Of a DNA stretch of 56,341 nt, positions 54,900-56,341 are shown in pieces. A program made the position numbers and the translations under genes. This DNA comes from a virus (lineage: Duplodnaviria > Caudoviricetes), in IMG/VR virus record IMGVR_UViG_3300042453_004839, positions 1 to 56,341 of that record; one strand, written 5' to 3'. The notes beneath the pieces were generated by a model. The model saw only the letters and a program-made list of their open reading frames with translations. It made no database searches and was not told the DNA's origin. How positions within the stretch are numbered: the stretch's first letter is position 1; every line of letters starts with the position of its first letter.

Positions 54900-55371
54900 T
54901 CTTGCGCTAAGGCTTGCCGATGCCGCCCGTCAATCCAGCACCGACCAGTTCGTCCGCGTCGGCGCAGCAGTTCTTAGAAACGACGGCTCGGTCTGTGGGG
55001 TTGGCTACAACGGATATCCGCCCGGTTTTGATCTCGGATTCAGCGAAGCTACAAATCGTGACTTCCGCCGGGATTTTATGGTACATGCGGAGACCAACGC
55101 GCTCGCCTATTCGACCCCCGGTGAACCGTTTCTCCTCGCCGTAACCTACCCGCCTTGCAAGCGGTGTGTCCTGGAAGCCGCCCGCTACGGCGTTAAGTTT
55201 ATTGTCTGCCCCGAACTGGTTGAGCCGTTGGTTTGGAAGTTTGCGACGAGGCTTGGCGTGACCGTTGGGCTTCCTCCGCAAGCTTGCGGTAGTCTTCCAG
55301 GGTCATCCGTCCCATCTCAAGGTCGTACTCCGGGGTCCCCTCAGCGGGGCCGAGCGACGGGGGAGCCATAA
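54877..55371 (+). CDS. dCMP deaminase
   Basis: VGAA, GYNG, HAE.NAL, PCKRC zinc motifs; start at ATG 54877. Confidence 0.85.
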   Translation: MVKTKWLDLALRLADAARQSSTDQFVRVGAAVLRNDGSVCGVGYNGYPPGFDLGFSEATNRDFRRDFMVHAETNALAYSTPGEPFLLAVTYPPCKRCVLEAARYGVKFIVCPELVEPLVWKFATRLGVTVGLPPQACGSLPGSSVPSQGRTPGSPQRGRATGEP

Positions 55372-56143
55372 ACTCGAAGGCCGGAGCCTGCGCCAGACCG
55401 CGGATAATTCCGCCCCCGAGTGACTTCAAGATCTCGGCGGCTGATTTGCTCCCTTTTTGAATGAGCGATTTGGGGATCTCGGGGAGCCCAAGTTCCTTGG
55501 CGGTCTTCCTGGCGGTCGGAACCGGAGGCGGGGTTTTGACAGCCTTCTCGGGTGCTTCCGAACCGGACGAGGTCAGGATCTCCCGAAGCTTTTGAAAATC
55601 GGGGTCCTTGGAAAGGTCAATTACGTTTTCGGGATTTACGACCTCGGACACGTTGCTGATCGGGGTCGACCTGGATATGGTAGAGGTCTTCGCCTCGCCG
55701 GCGGTCATGCCGGGAACCTGACCCTGGGTCGATTGGGTTACACGATTTTGACTCGAAAGACTTGAAAGCAATTTTACCAGTGGGTCTTTGCTTTCCGAGG
55801 CCGGCGTTCCACCGATCTTCGGGGTCTTCAGTTCGATATCCGAGAACTCCGCCGCCTTTGCCTTGGCCTGCTGGAGGCGTTCGGTTTTGCTGTTGAGATA
55901 GGTTTCGCGCCAATCGCGCCACCCCTCCAATTGCTCCATCGCCTTTTCGACCTCACGGGCTCGCTCCTCGAACAGGTTGCCTTGCGGGAGAGCGTCATCG
56001 AATTTACCGGCCTCAATTTGCCGGATCAGATTTTCGTTAAACTTGATGGCGTTATCCGCCTTGGTAAGTTCGGCGGCGTCAAAGACGTCCTGCTGCCTGG
56101 GACCGGCCATGCTGGACATGGTCATGGTTTTGTTCTGAGCCAT
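55199..56143 (-). CDS. Hypothetical protein, possible internal virion protein
   Basis: About 314 aa; promoter geometry supports ATG 56143. Confidence 0.7.
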   Translation of the reverse strand: MAQNKTMTMSSMAGPRQQDVFDAAELTKADNAIKFNENLIRQIEAGKFDDALPQGNLFEERAREVEKAMEQLEGWRDWRETYLNSKTERLQQAKAKAAEFSDIELKTPKIGGTPASESKDPLVKLLSSLSSQNRVTQSTQGQVPGMTAGEAKTSTISRSTPISNVSEVVNPENVIDLSKDPDFQKLREILTSSGSEAPEKAVKTPPPVPTARKTAKELGLPEIPKSLIQKGSKSAAEILKSLGGGIIRGLAQAPAFEFMAPPSLGPAEGTPEYDLEMGRMTLEDYRKLAEEAQRSRQASSQTSKPTAQPVRGRQ

Positions 56144-56149
56144 CAAAGT

Positions 56150-56178
56150 AGCCTACCGAGCCGGCCAGATTCGGTCAA
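56150..56178 (-). promoter_or_regulatory. sigma70-like promoter, leaderless spacing
   Basis: TTGACC-17-TAGGCT-6-ATG(56143). Confidence 0.65.
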
Positions 56179-56328
56179 CCGGCCAAAAATAAATTAAATT
56201 TTTAAAGTTGGGTAACGATAATTCTGGAATTTTTGGCGGGGGGTGGGGGGAGTGGTGCGTATCCCCTATGGGTAAGCGAGCCGATAGGCGAGCCAACCCA
56301 AACCCTAACAAAAAGGAAACAAAACAAC

Positions 56329-56341
56329 ATGAGTCAGAAAA
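56329..56341 (+). CDS. Probable gene start running off the window
   Basis: AAAGGAAAC RBS followed by ATG AGT CAG AAA. Confidence 0.35.

Noticed and set aside
1-56341. Alternative genetic code, integrase/repressor, small terminase
   Set aside because: Genes tile cleanly in code 11 using all three stop codons. No integrase, repressor or TerS was recognisable; they may lie outside the window.

Overview
The window is most of a tailed dsDNA bacteriophage genome, cut inside a gene at the left end and probably at the right end too. It has a podovirus-like layout with no tape measure or sheath, and no integrase or repressor is visible. Minus strand 1-40405 is the morphogenesis arm: large terminase, portal, scaffold, major capsid, fibre/spike proteins, a lysis cassette, a ~14% cysteine protein, ejection-type proteins, a 4193-aa polyvalent protein and a cluster of tiny basic proteins. 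Plus strand 40469-51433 is the replication arm: Holliday junction resolvase, SF2 helicase, a split PD-(D/E)XK nuclease, a probable SSB, PolA, a primase-helicase, then SET-domain, 3D-domain and S1-protease genes. After that come a G/C-tract candidate origin, tRNA-Tyr(GTA), two glycosyltransferases and a dCMP deaminase. The most striking sequence-level patterns are five. (1) About a dozen sigma70-type promoters are positioned to give leaderless or near-leaderless mRNAs. (2) The -35 boxes are interlocked identically at two divergent junctions. (3) The capsid gene alone has a long structured leader. (4) Six small basic proteins share a terminal [PG]-[LI]-G-K tag, in a genome that also encodes a SET domain. 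(5) There is a Cys-rich tail module. All functional calls come from motif recognition by eye; no searches were run. The host is probably diderm (spanin-like lipoprotein), and a PVC/Verrucomicrobia host is only a tentative inference.
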